From Macrostomum hystrix (lineage: Eukaryota > Animalia > Platyhelminthes), in the NCBI GenBank assembly GCA_950097015.1, contig CATNEN010000002.1, forward strand, positions 8,680,001 through 8,744,000: a DNA stretch of 64,000 nt, written 5' to 3'. Below the pieces are notes generated by a model. That model was not told the origin of the DNA and did not search any database. It saw only the letters and a list, made by a program, of their open reading frames with translations. The stretch's first letter is position 1. Each line of letters opens with the position of its first letter. A program made the translations under genes and the position numbers. Positions 21,592 through 34,190 of this stretch are shown piece by piece.

Positions 21592-24388
21592 TCTGCAATG
21601 CAACAGTTACCCAATGAGCTGCTCACTCGGATCTTATCCGAGCTGGACCAGACCAGCAGGTCAAGGTGCGCCCAGCTGAGCCGCCAGTGGCATCAGCTCG
21701 TCATGCAGCCGCTGCTGTGGCGGCAAATCCGGATCGATGGTCGCAGCGCAGATCCTGAGCTGATGCAGCGTCTCAGTGAATGACTGGGCAGCTGCCTGCT
21801 AACGCTCTCGGCCTGCAGGCTGACAGCGGAGCAGCGGCTGCCGCTGCTGCTGGCTGCCTCCGAGAGCCTGACCTGCCTCACCCTAGCAGACGCTCGCGAC
21901 GACTCCGCAGTGACAGTGGCTGGCCACAGCTGTCCCAACCTGCGAGAGCTGCGCCTACATGACTGTCACAAAGCGCTGTCAACTGGTTCAATTAGCAGCC
22001 TTCTGGCCGGGTGTCCGAGCCTGCAGCTGATGGAAATCAGCGGCGCCTCGGTCTTTGACGACTTCGGCAATCAGCAGCAGCGCCGCCTGTTCACCGAGCT
22101 TGTCGGCCGCCTCGCCAGCGTGTCCGTGGATTTTCTGAAGAGAATCGGCCTCTTTAGCGACCTGAAGCTGAGCCCGCGCCTCACCAGCCTCGTTGTTGTC
22201 GTGCTGAGTTGGACAGGTGAGGTCCAGGTCGCTTTTCAGAAAGACCAGCGGGTATTTCAAATAGCCGCTGCCTGCTTCACGACAGCTCCCATACCGAGTG
22301 ACCGATTTTCGTGAAAGTCCACCGAAATGGATCAAAATTGTCCACCCTTTACGATGAACTCACTTTCAAAGCCGTCAGACGTCGGCATCATCGAAATATT
22401 CTGCGATTCTTGTCGAAGAGGCTGGTGACAAGGACAACTAACATTTGTCAGTATAAACCTCTAGGTCCATAATGTGTCCATAATGGTTCAATAACAATAA
22501 TTAACAATATAGAGAATTGAATTATAATCAATAATATTTGTTGACGTCTTTAAATGATGAAATTTCGTGAGCAGAAAAGTTATGCTTATATTTGTGGTTT
22601 TCGCCAGCATACACGCCGACGAGAATCGTTGAATATCTGGAAGATGCCTATGTTAAGTAATCCAGGAAGTTTTTTCATCGGATTGCGCGGAAAATTTGAG
22701 ATCGTGTTCTGGATTTTTACGGCGATTGGTTGAATATTTTTGGAGATACAGAACAAACAAAAACGTGGGCATTGGAAATACCACCGTGATCTTTTGTAAA
22801 TGACGTGCTGATTGAACCAGGATCAGTGCCTTTTCCTCATAGATTTTTAGCAATCTGCTCTCACCCTGGACCATGACAACATGACCAGCCTTCGAGAAGG
22901 TACCATTTTGTTTCTGACATTCGTTTGACAAAAGCAGGCACACTATCCAGGCTAGCTCCACTGTGATAAATTTAAATACGCGACTAACTGAACGGACAAC
23001 CGATCACCCTGTTTTGCTTGGCATGACATGAATTGGTCAATAAAAAATTTGAGCTGCAATCTCAAAATTGAGGTCACCTAAAGGTCATCAGACAGCTATT
23101 GATTGGCAATAAAATATTGGGATCAATCATAAATCTTTAAAAATTTGATGACCTTATACACCAACAATGTCCCACTCTGCTCTGAATCATGCACCGAATC
23201 CGGTGAGCCATTCTGAGTGGCCGGCCGGACTTCCCGTAGAAAGTGCTCCTCCAGCCGCTTGCTGCCTTGGGATGAAGCACGAATAGCCTGACCAGAGGTT
23301 GAGGCTGATTCGCCGTCCCTCACTGCAGCAAAGAGAGCTCAAAATTGTAGAATGCAGACCCTCATCTAAAGCAGAACAATCGAGGCAGAAAATGGTATCT
23401 AGGCTTTTTAAACATTCGCAGAGCTTCTACAGCTGCTGGACAAAACTCCAAACCTGGCGAACCTCAGGGCCTGGATTTGTGAGCCCTCGGACTCGCTGCC
23501 GGAGGAGCAGCAACTTCCGTCGCTGCTGCAACTTCGCAGCCTCAGTCTCACTGATGAGAAGTACCTGACCGTCGACTTCACCTTGGCCCTGCTGGCCAAG
23601 CTGCCAGCACTGCAGAGCATCAGCATGCACTGCTGCTGGAATGCCAACGGCCAAGACTATCGGCGCTTCATCCAGTCCCTGCCGACCAGGCTGACACAGC
23701 TTCGCCTGCGCGGCCTGGGCTGGGTCGACGTGGACGAAGCTGACCTGGGCGAACGCTTGCCGGGGAGCCTGCAGAGCCTCCAGCTGGTTGGACCCTGCAG
23801 CTGCGCCTCGGGTCTGCGATTCGTGGAAGCGCTGGCGCCGTGTTCGGGTGAGGCTCAACTCTTGGCTGATGCTCCGCTCTTTTCTGCCACAAAACCGTCA
23901 GTTTTCATTTGCCCTGCTGTCCAGGTCTTCAGGACCTGACGCTTGACGCCTGCCATGACGACCTGCTGCCTTCTCTGCTCTCCAAGCTGCCCGGCCTCAT
24001 CCGCCTGCGCCTCACCAACTGCGGCTGCCTGAGCCGCCAGGCCTGGGCGAATCTGCGCGACTTTCAAGCCGACCGCCCACCTCAGCTGCGCGACTTCCAG
24101 GCCGACTGCTGCAGCGACTCCAGCATCACCGACGAGGCAGTGGCCGACCTGTGCGCCAGCCCAATTGCCGCCCACCTGCGCCGCCTCAGCCTGCACTCCT
24201 GCGCTCTGCTGACGCCTGCCGCTCTCGCCAGCATCGCCAGCGGCTGTCCGCGCCTCAGTCAGCTGGCCTTGTTCAGCGCCCACCGACGCATCGCCGAGAC
24301 TGATTTGGACGCCTTCCGGGCTGCCTACGAGTGCTCTGTGGCCGTGGACCTCAGGGGCTACCCGGGCATGTACGAGCTGCACTGGTGA
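21592..24388 (+). pseudogene. F-box/LRR protein paralogue F1 with premature TGA (exons 21592-22216, 23422-23847, 23925-24388)
   Basis: F-box LPNELLTRILSELDQTSRSRCAQLSRQW, then LRR-like LxxLxL..C repeats. In-frame TGA at 21781-21783 where the three paralogues have TGG (W). Frame and splice sites otherwise intact; first exon not located. Confidence 0.8.
22225..22325 (-). repeat. Dispersed ~100-130-bp repeat family starting GGTGGACTTTCACGAAAA (copy 1, inverted)
   Basis: Reverse complement aligns with copies at ~34068-34190 and ~43529-43655. Confidence 0.7.
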
Positions 24389-24892
24389 AGACTGCGACTC
24401 CTGTTCTTCAGCGATCTATTCTGACTTTGAATGAACACTTTCATGTCTGATAATGATTTTCGGATCGTTTCTTGGCTTCTACAATCAATTCTTGTGATTT
24501 TTACTTTCATTTGATACTGCTTCCATTACTCTAGCATTCTGATACATCATCAGTATCCTAGTCAACTCGAAAAATTGCTTCTGCATTACCTAGTCAAGAT
24601 CAGTGTTAATACCTATCCAAGAATAATAAGACGTATATATTTAGTACTCGAGAGTGCTCAAGTAGACCAATTTCAAGAAAGAAGTTCAATACACAGAACA
24701 TTTTATTGGGCCAATTTATTTGTTTGGCTAAATATTTTACACTTAAACACAGCTTTTCAGTATTTTACAACGAGGTAAAAATTGTGAATTGTTTTATTTT
24801 AAGCTGAGCTCATGTAGGAGCTTTACATAGTCCAGCTTACATATGCACGAAGGCTCCGTTGGCTCACAAAGACTGAAAGGTTTAATTAGTAT

Positions 24893-25215
24893 TTGTAGGA
24901 GGGCTGTAGGGACTGCCTCAGCATTTAGTAGCACTAGAGACCCGCACAGGAGGCGATTCTGCCCATTCCGCTGTGAGCACTCACGCACACAGATACTGTA
25001 CGCTGGCACGGACTCACATAGGTGTGTACATCTGCCCTGACTTTCTCATCGTCACTTTCACTGTACCTAGGAGTTTGGCCCTCATGGTCGTAAATTCTCC
25101 TTCTCTATTCCTTCTCTCTGCGGCAGCGTCCCAAGTTGATGTGGCCTCTCCGTAGAATCGAGCTCAGGGACCTTGGTGCGAGAGGCAAACGCGTTAACCG
25201 CTCTGCCACTCACCC
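24893..25215 (-). mobile_element. tRNA-derived SINE, copy A
   Basis: - strand head GTGGCAGAGCGGTTAACGCG...GAGCTCGATTCTAC (A/B boxes); body aligns with copies at 30.7, 42.3, 60.0 and 63.3 kb. Confidence 0.85.
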
Positions 25216-25469
25216 TCCAACTCTAAAGTTATAGGTCTGAGCAGTCTAAGAATTCGCAAAGCCTGAACTGTATTTGCAGCCCACAATGTGACCCCGCATG
25301 GCTGACGCCCTGGTCCCAGCAGCTGCCGCTTGATGGCCCGAGGCCCAGAGTCTCGGTGGCAAGACGAGCTGGTGTCGGTGCGAACTTGCGCGAAAATGAT
25401 AGACTCAAACGTGAGTGTGGGCATGAGCTCATGTTTGCTGATTGACTGATGTGAGCTCTGTGTGTGCTG

Positions 25470-25815
25470 CCTCATGGCACTTTTGTGCCCCCAGCTGCTG
25501 GAGTTGCACTTTTGTGCCAGTAAGTTTCGCGAGCCAATCGAACTGGTTGATCCAACTGCTCGAGAAGGCCACCAATTAGCAAAGCCTCTCAGTGAAGGGC
25601 CTCAGGAGCTGCATAGACTCTGAGAAACCGCTCACCGCTCTGGCCCGCCTGTGTCCTGAGCTTCGAACTTGTGCCTGAGCTGCAGCAACTCGGCCGTGCT
25701 GACAGCCCGTGTTTATTGAGCTTTGTGTTGTGGCGCCGCGGAGCTGACAGACTGAACCCTCGGCTTCTGCAGCGATGACGTCCTTTCGTCTCCTGACCTG
25801 CACAAGTTCGAGTCC
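25470..25815 (+). pseudogene. Degenerate F-box/LRR-family LRR fragment
   Basis: Broken frames give LLCPQLLELHFC, LTALARLCPELRT, TLGFCSDDVLSSPDLHKF, resembling the neighbouring paralogues (e.g. PDLHEF); stops and frameshifts present. Confidence 0.55.
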
Positions 25816-26582
25816 ACTCACTTTCCTCACTGGTGATACCCATTAAATCTATATTTTATTAATTTGCCGACTCTTAGGTTTGCCGATTCTCAGCTAGCTT
25901 TTTACTTAAGTGTTGTTTGTACACCATAAAATAAATTTAAATTATTATCTCGTTGACCCTTTTAGTTATTTTCCATATCCCAAAAATATTCAGTTGAAAC
26001 GAACTTAGTGTGCGTTTCCTGCTAGGGCTGTATCGCTTGATATTTGCTTGATAAGCAACATTTGATCAATCTACAAGTATATCTCCTTCAGCAAACAGGG
26101 ATGGCGGCCTTGAGAAACACTAAAAGTACATTTTCCTCGAAATTAATCGCAGACCTCATTGGGACTTGCCGATAAGCTCTCCTAAGACTAACGATACGTC
26201 TTGATCAGAATTATATTTTATAGATTTCCCTGGCATCTTAGTACTCCTAGAAATGTAAGAAATCCATATGGGTCTCATTGAGATTATCTTTCAGATTCCA
26301 TAAGCATCTGCTTGAGATTTTCGAAGAGATATCCTTGATATTCCATAAATGTTTCTTTGAAATTTCTCACATATCCCATTGAGATTTCTCACAGATCTCC
26401 GGGCCTTGATATTCCACTTAGATCTCACAGGATTTCCCACAGATGCCCAAAAAGTCATTGACGACTTGCATCAAATTTGCAAGTGCAGCAAAATGTGTTT
26501 AACAAAATTGCTGATTTCAGCATTAAATGGTAAAACTGTACATTGCTCAATGGGAATTCTCAGATCGGGCTCCAATCGCGAG

Positions 26583-27329
26583 CTAGTTCACGCCATACTT
26601 CACCCAGTCCGGGCTGTTCTCAATGCTCTCCTCCACCTGAGAGTCAGTGAACAGCAGCAGTCGGCAAGTTCCGAGCCTTTTATTGTACAGGGCGTGTCTG
26701 CAGTTGCCTGCTCTCTCCGCAGCTGCCACGCACTGCAGTGCGCTCATCACCTGCCTGAGGTCCGAGTGGCAGTACTCAGTGTTGGGGTTGTAGCTGCTGC
26801 GCCTGAAGGCCGTTCTCTTCCACACGGTGCTAGTCACAGTGCTGGCCAGGGCTGCGTCCACAAACTCACACGAGTAGCCGCGCTGGCTTGAGCACTGCAG
26901 GTCCACAAGCTGGCCGGATGTCTGTGAGGCGCAGTCCTGAATGCCGTGTAGGTTGTTCGGGTCGCCTGACTTCCACAGCGAGTTATCCAGCAGCTCACCT
27001 TTGTCCTTGATCAGCTGCCAGCCGTCTCTGTTGGAACCTCTCTCGTTTGTGAAGTCTGTGACTCCGACCCACAGGTAGCAACCGCTGCAGCTCAGGCTGG
27101 GCATGCTTCCCAGCAGCTTCAGCGAGCTGTTTGTGCTGATGAGTTCGCCTCCGATGGATGAGCACAGCTGACTCGCGGAGCACCAGCTGTGGCTCTGCGC
27201 CGTGCTGGCGAACACGCACCTGCCAACTTCGACACTGAACGGAGCTGGGCATGCGGCCAGCGCGGGCTGCAGCTGACGTGACGTCAGGCTGATGACAAGC
27301 CAGCAAAGCAGCAGCAGCTGTTCCGTCAT
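26583..27329 (-). CDS. Secreted C-type lectin domain protein with C-terminal PAN/Apple-like module, intronless, 248 aa
   Basis: Hydrophobic signal peptide (LLLLCWLVISL...ALA/A). CTLD motifs: CP..F....RC, SWCSASQLCSSIGGEL, LWVGVTD, WKSGDPNN...QDCA...LVDLQC...GYSCE. C-terminal SALQCVAAAE...C..ALYN...TCRL. Confidence 0.9.
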   Translation of the reverse strand: MTEQLLLLCWLVISLTSRQLQPALAACPAPFSVEVGRCVFASTAQSHSWCSASQLCSSIGGELISTNSSLKLLGSMPSLSCSGCYLWVGVTDFTNERGSNRDGWQLIKDKGELLDNSLWKSGDPNNLHGIQDCASQTSGQLVDLQCSSQRGYSCEFVDAALASTVTSTVWKRTAFRRSSYNPNTEYCHSDLRQVMSALQCVAAAERAGNCRHALYNKRLGTCRLLLFTDSQVEESIENSPDWVKYGVN

Positions 27330-27372
27330 TTCGTAAGCTCGTAATTTCCGAGTTGCCTGACCCTGCCCATCA

Positions 27373-27380
27373 CTTTTATA
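27373..27380 (-). promoter_or_regulatory. TATA box (TATAAAAG) upstream of the C-type lectin gene
   Basis: Consensus TATAAAAG 44 nt upstream of the ATG on the correct strand. Confidence 0.5.
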
Positions 27381-27859
27381 GGGCCAGATCCGCAGTCTTT
27401 CTAGGAGCTGCTCAGCCCGAGTTTGGTCCGACGCATCAACAGGAAACTGGGCAAGCTTGCTTTACTTTCACCGCTGTCTGGCTTGAGTAGATTGCAATTT
27501 CCGTTGAACTGTGAGTCTCTGCTGAAAGTTTGGCGCTGTAGCTCAGAAGCTGTTGTGTCGAATGGCTGGAAAAATGGCTAGAGGCAATATTGACTCAGTG
27601 CGGTTACTCTGCACTGATATCCGTTCATGGAATGAGTTTCACTGAAACCATCTGACAACCAACTCAGCGTACTCATGGCAACGCTTTCGTGCAAGCTGGT
27701 CGTTCGGCTTATCACAAAGAGAAGACCAAAGTTTGTTGCCATGCTGTGTTTGCTTACAAAGCTTGGAAAAATGACATTGATGCAAGCTGCGGTCTGTCCT
27801 GCAGTTTTTTACAAAGATCTTTTACTACTATACAAAGATCTTTTGTATAGTCAGCTAGT

Positions 27860-28015
27860 TCGATAGTATAGTCAGGGTTGTGTAGGTGTTCGGTTGTATA
27901 GTCAGTAGGTGTTCGGTTGTACAGTCAGTAGGTATTCTGTAGTACAGTCTGTAGGTGTTCTGTAGTACAGTCGGTAGGTGGTCTGTAGTAAAGTTGGTAG
28001 GTTCTGTAGTACAGT
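27860..28015. repeat. Short degenerate ~22-bp repeat (GTA[T/C]AGTC[A/G]GTAGGTGTTC..) upstream of the F2 acceptor
   Basis: ~6 imperfect tandem units. Confidence 0.7.
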
Positions 28016-28061
28016 CAGAATTCTAAATTCCGAGAATTCTTTTATCGAAAACGAATTCCAG

Positions 28062-29763
28062 CTAATCAGCCACTGCCTTATTGAGCAGCTGCCCAATGAG
28101 CTGCTCACGCGGATCCTGTCCGAGCTGGACCAAACCAGTCGTTCAAGATGCGCCCAGCTGAGCCGTCGCTGGCATCAGCTCACCATGCAGCCGCTGCTGT
28201 GGCGCAGCCTTCGCATCCGCGGCGAAATCGGTCCGGACCTGACGCTACGCCTGACCGACTGGCTGTCTGGCTTGCTGCTGGAACTTCACGCCGACAGACT
28301 GACGGCCGCTGACCTGGCTCCCCTGCTCAGAGACTCACCCGGCCTGCAGAGCCTCTCCATCGAATGGCTTCGAGGCGACGCAGAGGAGGAGAACCCGCTG
28401 GAGACCGTCGGTCTCAACTGCCGCAACTTGCGTAGCCTGCGTCTACTGCACTGCACTGAGCCTCTGACCCCCGAGTCGCTGAAGCAGCTCCTGGATGGCT
28501 GTCCACACCTGTCCAAGCTGGAGCTCGTGACAGACTTCCGAGACACCAGCTCGCTACCCATCTCACACCTGTGCAGCCTTGCATGTCGCCTGACTTCGCT
28601 GAGTCTGTCCTTGAGCTTCCCACTTCAAAGGCTTCTTCCCGAGCTGCCCGAGTGTCGGACTCTGAGCTCGCTGAACATCGGCCGAGTGTCAGAGATGGGT
28701 GAGTCGAAAAATATTTTGCTCTCTCTGACTCCAGCAGCCTACAGATAACGTGCTGCAATTATAAAATACTGTCTAATGGAGCGTTCTCAGCCTTACTGTT
28801 TTCGCCTACCTTTACAACAGAGCTGCGGCTCCTCTTAAACCGACTGCCCCACCTTGCCGAGCTCATTCTGCGTCACGCCGGCGTCACCGACAGTTTCGCC
28901 TCCGTCTTGACTGGCGCCGGTGGCAGTCTTCGCGCACTTTGGCTGCACTCCTGCCACCAGCTGACTGGAATCGGCTTCTGTGCGCTGCTCGACGGCTGCC
29001 CGAAGCTGCAGCGGCTTAGCCTCTTCAACTTCAGCGGTCTAAGCAGTACCTGCTTCAGACGGCTCGCAGACACTCAGCAGCCAACCACAGGCCTCACAGA
29101 CCTGCAGCTGGAGGGCATCAACTGGCGCAGCCTGACCGAGGCGGACCTGGCGACGCAGTTGCCAACTGGCCTTCGGCGGCTCGTGCTGAAAGACTTCACT
29201 AGAGTTGCCATTCCGGGACTTTGGATTGGTTTGGGCAGCTGCAGCGGTAAGCAACCGCTGAGCCCATGTTGCCAGTCTGCTAATAGAACTTCGGCATTTC
29301 TAAAAATGCACTGAAAAATTTGCAACCTGCAGAGCTGGCTTATCTGACCCTGAGTGGCTGTCACGATGCTCTGCTGCCCGTTCTGCTCGCCCAGTTGCCT
29401 CGCCTGCGCAGCCTCCGCCTCACAAACTGTCACCACTTGAGCTGCCAGGCCTGGGCGAATCTGCGGAGCCTCGCCGCCTCGCCGCCTGACCTGCACGAGT
29501 TTCACGCAGAGCAGTGCAGTGTGTCCAGCCTCACCGACGCATCGGTAGCCGACCTGTGCGCCAGTCCCATTGCCAGGAGTCTGCGGCGTCTGAAGCTCGA
29601 CCCCTGTCGCCAGCTGACAGCAGCGGCTCTGGCCAGCATCGCCAGCGGCTGCCCGCAGCTTTCTGAACTATCGTTGCAGGGCTGTCGTCAAATGATCCTG
29701 TCAAACCGAATGATTTTGGACGATGCATTTGCACACTTTGTGCGAATCTGCTGTGAATTCTGA
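28062..29763 (+). CDS. F-box/LRR protein paralogue F2 (exons 28062-28698, 28821-29246, 29333-29763; first exon not located)
   Basis: LISHCLIEQLPNELLTRILSELDQTSRSRCAQLSRRW F-box plus LRRs; phase-1 GT/AG junctions (ATG G|gtgagt, acag|AG, AGC G|gtaagc, gcag|AG); open throughout. Confidence 0.88.
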
Positions 29764-30028
29764 TTTATTCTTATTCTTATTCTTATATCTTACGTCTTAT
29801 ATCTTCTTATATCTTATCAGCCTATAGCTTGAAGACAAACGCTGTATTTTGTATTGTTACATAAACGCCTAAACTTCCTCTAGTCTTCTAATTTATTTGT
29901 ACCTGTATAGCCACAAAGGTTATAACTTCCTGTTTCAATCATGATTGATTAGGCGAAACAGAATTTAGTTTATCAGTTGGAGATTTTCAAACATAGACTG
30001 TTTCTGAAAGCTACACTTTCACCCTCAG

Positions 30029-32588
30029 CTGACCGGCCAGTGCCTCATTGAGCAGTTGCCCAATGAGCTGCTCACGCGGATTCTGTCCGAGCTGGACCAG
30101 ACCAGCCGTTCAAGGTGCGCCCAGCTCAATCGACGCTGGTATCAGCTCGCCCTACAGCCGCTGCTGTGGCGCAGTCTTCGCATTGATGGAGAAGCCGCTG
30201 ATTCCGAGCTGACGCAGCGTCTCAGCGGCTGGTTGGGCGCCAGCCTGGAGCAGCTCCTGGCCGACGGGCTGACGTCTGAGCACAGGCTGCCACCGCTGCT
30301 AGCCGCCTCCTCAAGCCTGACCAGCCTCACTCTGCATGAAATCGAAGTCAGCGATTGTGAAGGCCAGCTACTAAGTGAGCATATTGTGACTGAGTTGGGC
30401 CGATGCTGCAAAAACCTACGCGAGCTGCGTCTCCTATCCTGTCAGAAGGCACTGACCATTGTCTCTCTGGACAGCCTGTATCGCGGCTGTCCGAGTCTCT
30501 CGCTGTTGGCGATCAACGACAAGGATACATTCACCGACTGGAAAGACCAGCGACTGCGCTGCCTCTTGATAAAACTGATGGGCCGCCTCACCAGTCTGAC
30601 GCTCTCATTCTCAAAGGCTGGCAGACTACTCGAGACAATGCCAGAGTGTCAGAACCTTGCTAGCCTCTCCTTCGGAGCTCACGATGTGTCCGGTAAGTGA
30701 CCTCGCGGCCTCTCAGGAGGGCTCAGGATCTCAGGAGGGCTGCGGGCAGTGGCACATCATTTGGTGACACTAGACCCGCAGCCAGCGAGGAGGCAGTTCT
30801 GCCCATTTCGCTGACTCCTGAGCACACACGCACACAGATACCGTACGCAGGCACAGGTGTGTACATCTGCCCTGACTTTCTCATCGTCAGGCAGTGTACA
30901 CTTCACTGTGCCTTGAAGGTTGGCCCTCAAGGGCGTAAATTGCACGACTAGTCCCCAAGCCTTCTCTCCGCGGCTGCGCCCTAAATGAATGGGGCCTCTC
31001 CGTGGAATCGAGCTCAGGGACCTTGGTGCAAGAGCCAAACGCGTTAACCGCACTGCCAAGACCCTTTTTGTGGTCTTTTGAGTTTACGAGCTTAATTCTT
31101 TACATTTTTCTCTTGTTTGTACGCCGGTGTTAGCAAGCTCGAAGACAGTTGATGCCATTCTATAATTAGCGTCAGTTAGATCCCATGTTCGTTTCAGAGT
31201 AAGACAATATATTATGGGCGTCAGCTGTTTCTTATTTTCAAAAAGGCCCAAGGTCCGAGTACAAAAGCCTCTATATAACACGAATTCTTAGAAATGCTGC
31301 GAGTGTTTAATAGCGCTCGGAATTTGACGGATCTGGCTGTGCAGCTGGCTGAGGAGCAACTGCAAGCGGTGGACGATCAGCTGCTGCCGGCGATGGCGCA
31401 GCTTCGCCGTCTGAATCTCAAGTCTACTCGCCTGGATGCGGACTTCACACTGAGCCTCATCACTCGGTGCCCTTCTCTTCGAAGCCTTCGGCTGAAGCAC
31501 ATAATTGTTGCCAGGGGCTCCGACTGCCGCAGAATCCTCAAAGCTCTGCCTGCGGGCCTAATAGAATTCCGAGTGTTCATCAGGGCGTTGAAAGGCATGG
31601 ACGAGGCCGACCTGAGTCACCGGCTGCCATGTGACCGTCTGCGGCGGCTGCAGTTGAAGGGGCCGCTGGACAGCATCTGCGGCCTGCGAGTCCCCGAGGC
31701 ACTGTCCGGCTGCTCAGGTTAACAAAAAATAGTATCTCTAGTGCTCTAGTGGGGCTCCAGGCTCTGGCGCATCACGTGAATCGTTTCACAGTCCACCCTC
31801 AGTCAGCGAAGAGGCAGTTCTGCCGATTTTACTGACCCCGGCGCACAGGTAATTGGTAAATTTGACGACATATTCCCAAGCTTTCTCTCAATATTTGCGC
31901 CTTAAAATAATGTTTAAGAAACAGACGTGTAGCCACTCCGCCACTTACCTCCTTTGCTGCTGCTAAGATAATGATTTGTGCTTTTGATTAGTGGAACAGC
32001 CAACACAGGATTAGCGGCAGCATCCTACTCACAGCTCACCGATCACTAATCACGTTCGTTCACTAGTTGCCGGACAGAACAGAGGTTTGGGAAAGTTCAG
32101 CTGTGACGCAGCTCCAACAGCTTCTTCGATTCTCAGGTTTGACCGACCTGACTCTGGGCATCTGTCACGATGAGCTGCTGCCGGCTCTGCTGTCCCAGCT
32201 GCCTCGCCTGCGCTGCCTCCGCCTTATTAACTGCAGCCGCCTGACCCAACAGGCCTGGGCGAATCTGCGCAGTCTGAACATCACCTCCCAGCCCGACCTA
32301 CACGAGTTTTGCGCGCTGGGCTGCGGCAAGTCCTGCCTCACCGATGAGGCCGTCACTGACCTGTGCGCCAGCCCCGTGGCCAGAAGCCTTCGCTGCCTGT
32401 CGATGTCGAATTGCGATCAGCTGACAGCCGCCGCTTTCTCAAGCATCGTCAGCGGCTGTCCGTGGCTGACTCGGCTGACTCTAGTGAGCCTGGCCGTCGT
32501 CATTCCTGAAGCTCACCTGGACACAATTCGCTCTGCCTACGTCCATCAAGTGGAAGTGTTCACCGGGGTCGTTGGAGACCGCACATAA
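30029..32588 (+). CDS. F-box/LRR protein paralogue F3 (exons 30029-30692, 31292-31717, 32137-32588; first exon not located)
   Basis: F-box LPNELLTRILSELDQ plus LRRs. The middle exon is again 426 bp, which supports the less common GTTAAC donor at 31718. Confidence 0.85.
30732..31064 (-). mobile_element. tRNA-derived SINE, copy B (in F3 intron)
   Basis: Same A/B-box head and body as the other copies; a partial diverged copy also lies at ~31750-31850. Confidence 0.85.
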
Positions 32589-32839
32589 GTAACTAGCTGC
32601 TGGTTGAACTTTTCACACAGATCCATGAGCGACTTAAATAGAGTTTTAATTATTTTTTACACGACTTTCGTAGGCCAATCTTATTCGTTAGCATCTTCTT
32701 ATTGCTACAATTTTTCTACTTACAGTTTGTTCTCACTGTTTGTTTACGCTCGCGCGCCCTCTATTGTATTGTCTATCTCCTCTCTCCCTCTTTCTGTTTA
32801 ACTTATTTTGCAAACCTTCACTTCTCTCTCCTCTCCCTC

Positions 32840-33010
32840 ATCTCTGATTGGCTATCTGTTCGTCTCTCTTTCCTCACCCCCCTCCTTTTCATCTCTTACC
32901 CTCTGACCCGTCCGTACTCGTGATACCCTTCCGTCCTCTCCTTATCTCTGGTAAATATGTTTTATTCTCGGCCGCTTTCGATTCGTTCAGGGCTGGCTCC
33001 GCTACTGCGA
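32840..33010 (+). repeat. Dispersed repeat matching the 3' tail of the LINE-like remnant at 44290-44460
   Basis: CCTCACCCCCTCCTTTTCA.CTCTTA.CCTCTG.CCCGTCC.TACTCGTG...TCCTTATCTCTGGT.AATAT..TT.ATTCTCGGCC shared by both sites. Confidence 0.75.
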
Positions 33011-34067
33011 AGACTCTGTTTATTTTAAGAAGTCACGTCATGCCCTTTCCTTTCTCTCCTCCCACTGCCTACCTATTCGTCCATCTCAGAGACTTCAAGC
33101 TTGCTTTTTACTCATACTTTTATTTTTACAAATATCTTAAAAACGAAAACTTTCGGATAGTAACGGTCGAAATGCCAACATTAATGTACATTTTAACCAA
33201 AGGCAAATAGATACTTTGAAGTGGTTAATCGATATAGAGCGAACAATTATTTTTATGTGATTCGTCGTCTCTTTTGTTTCTGCTGTCAAAATATCTTCAG
33301 TCCTCGTAGTAAGGCAATGTTTTGTTCGAAATTGCCTGAATCAGGTCATGTCTGAACCTGACAGAAAATTCAGAAATGAGATTCGAGAGCAACCGGTTTA
33401 ATTTTTAGACTAAATCCCTATATAAAAATTTAATTCAGGTACAGAAACTCGATTTTAGAACATACTCAAATACTCAGCTAATCACAACAATAGCCCTGGT
33501 AAAACACAGGCGTCAATCAATTAGGTTTTGTTTTATTCGCGTCACAGGTCCAACTTTCAACAATTTAGTCTTTGCAGTCTTTAACAGTAGAAAAAACCAC
33601 AGGGTATTTGCAATACCACATATTTTTATTTTTTCTGTATCTTCCAACATTGAAACTGATCGCCATGAAAGTCGAGAACACGGGCTAATTCTTCCGCTCT
33701 ATTCAGAATAAAAAACATCGTGGCATCGTCGAAATACTCAACGTTTCTCGTCGGGGTGTCTGGTAGCAAAACCACCAATATTGGCCTACTTTTTCTGCTC
33801 ACAAAATTTCGTCTTTTAACCATGTTGGCATTAAGTGTTGATTATAATTGAATTGATTATATGTTTAATTCAACTATACACAAAAAATGAAAACTATATA
33901 TTATAACTCTTGAAACAATCTGGATTCACCCTATATGTTCATACAGACCAAGGTTAGCTGTCCTTCTCACGAGGGTCTTTGACAAGAATGGCTGAATATA
34001 CTGACGATGCTGACGTCTGACAGCTTAAAAAGTTTATTCATCGTAAATGACAGAAAATTTTAATCCA

Positions 34068-34190
34068 CATAGTGGACTTTCACGAAAAACGGTCGTTTTG
34101 TTTTAGAGCGATCGTAAAGTAGGCGATGTGTTTTTGAAATACCCCGTGGTATTCTCCCAGGCTGAAAAATAGCGGGTGTTTCTACTGTCT
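34068..34190 (+). repeat. Dispersed GTGGACTTTCACGAAAA family, copy 2
   Basis: Aligns with ~43529-43655 and inverted 22225-22325. Confidence 0.7.

Noticed and set aside
21781-21783. Selenocysteine or alternative-code reading of the in-frame TGA
   Set aside because: It aligns with Trp (TGG) in three paralogues, not Cys; other genes here use TGA as a normal stop; no SECIS recognised.
30856-30902. Hammerhead ribozyme (CTGACGA...GAAA) in the SINE
   Set aside because: Only 3 nt separate CTGACGA and GAAA, so stem II cannot form; the CTGAC is instead paired in a simple hairpin.
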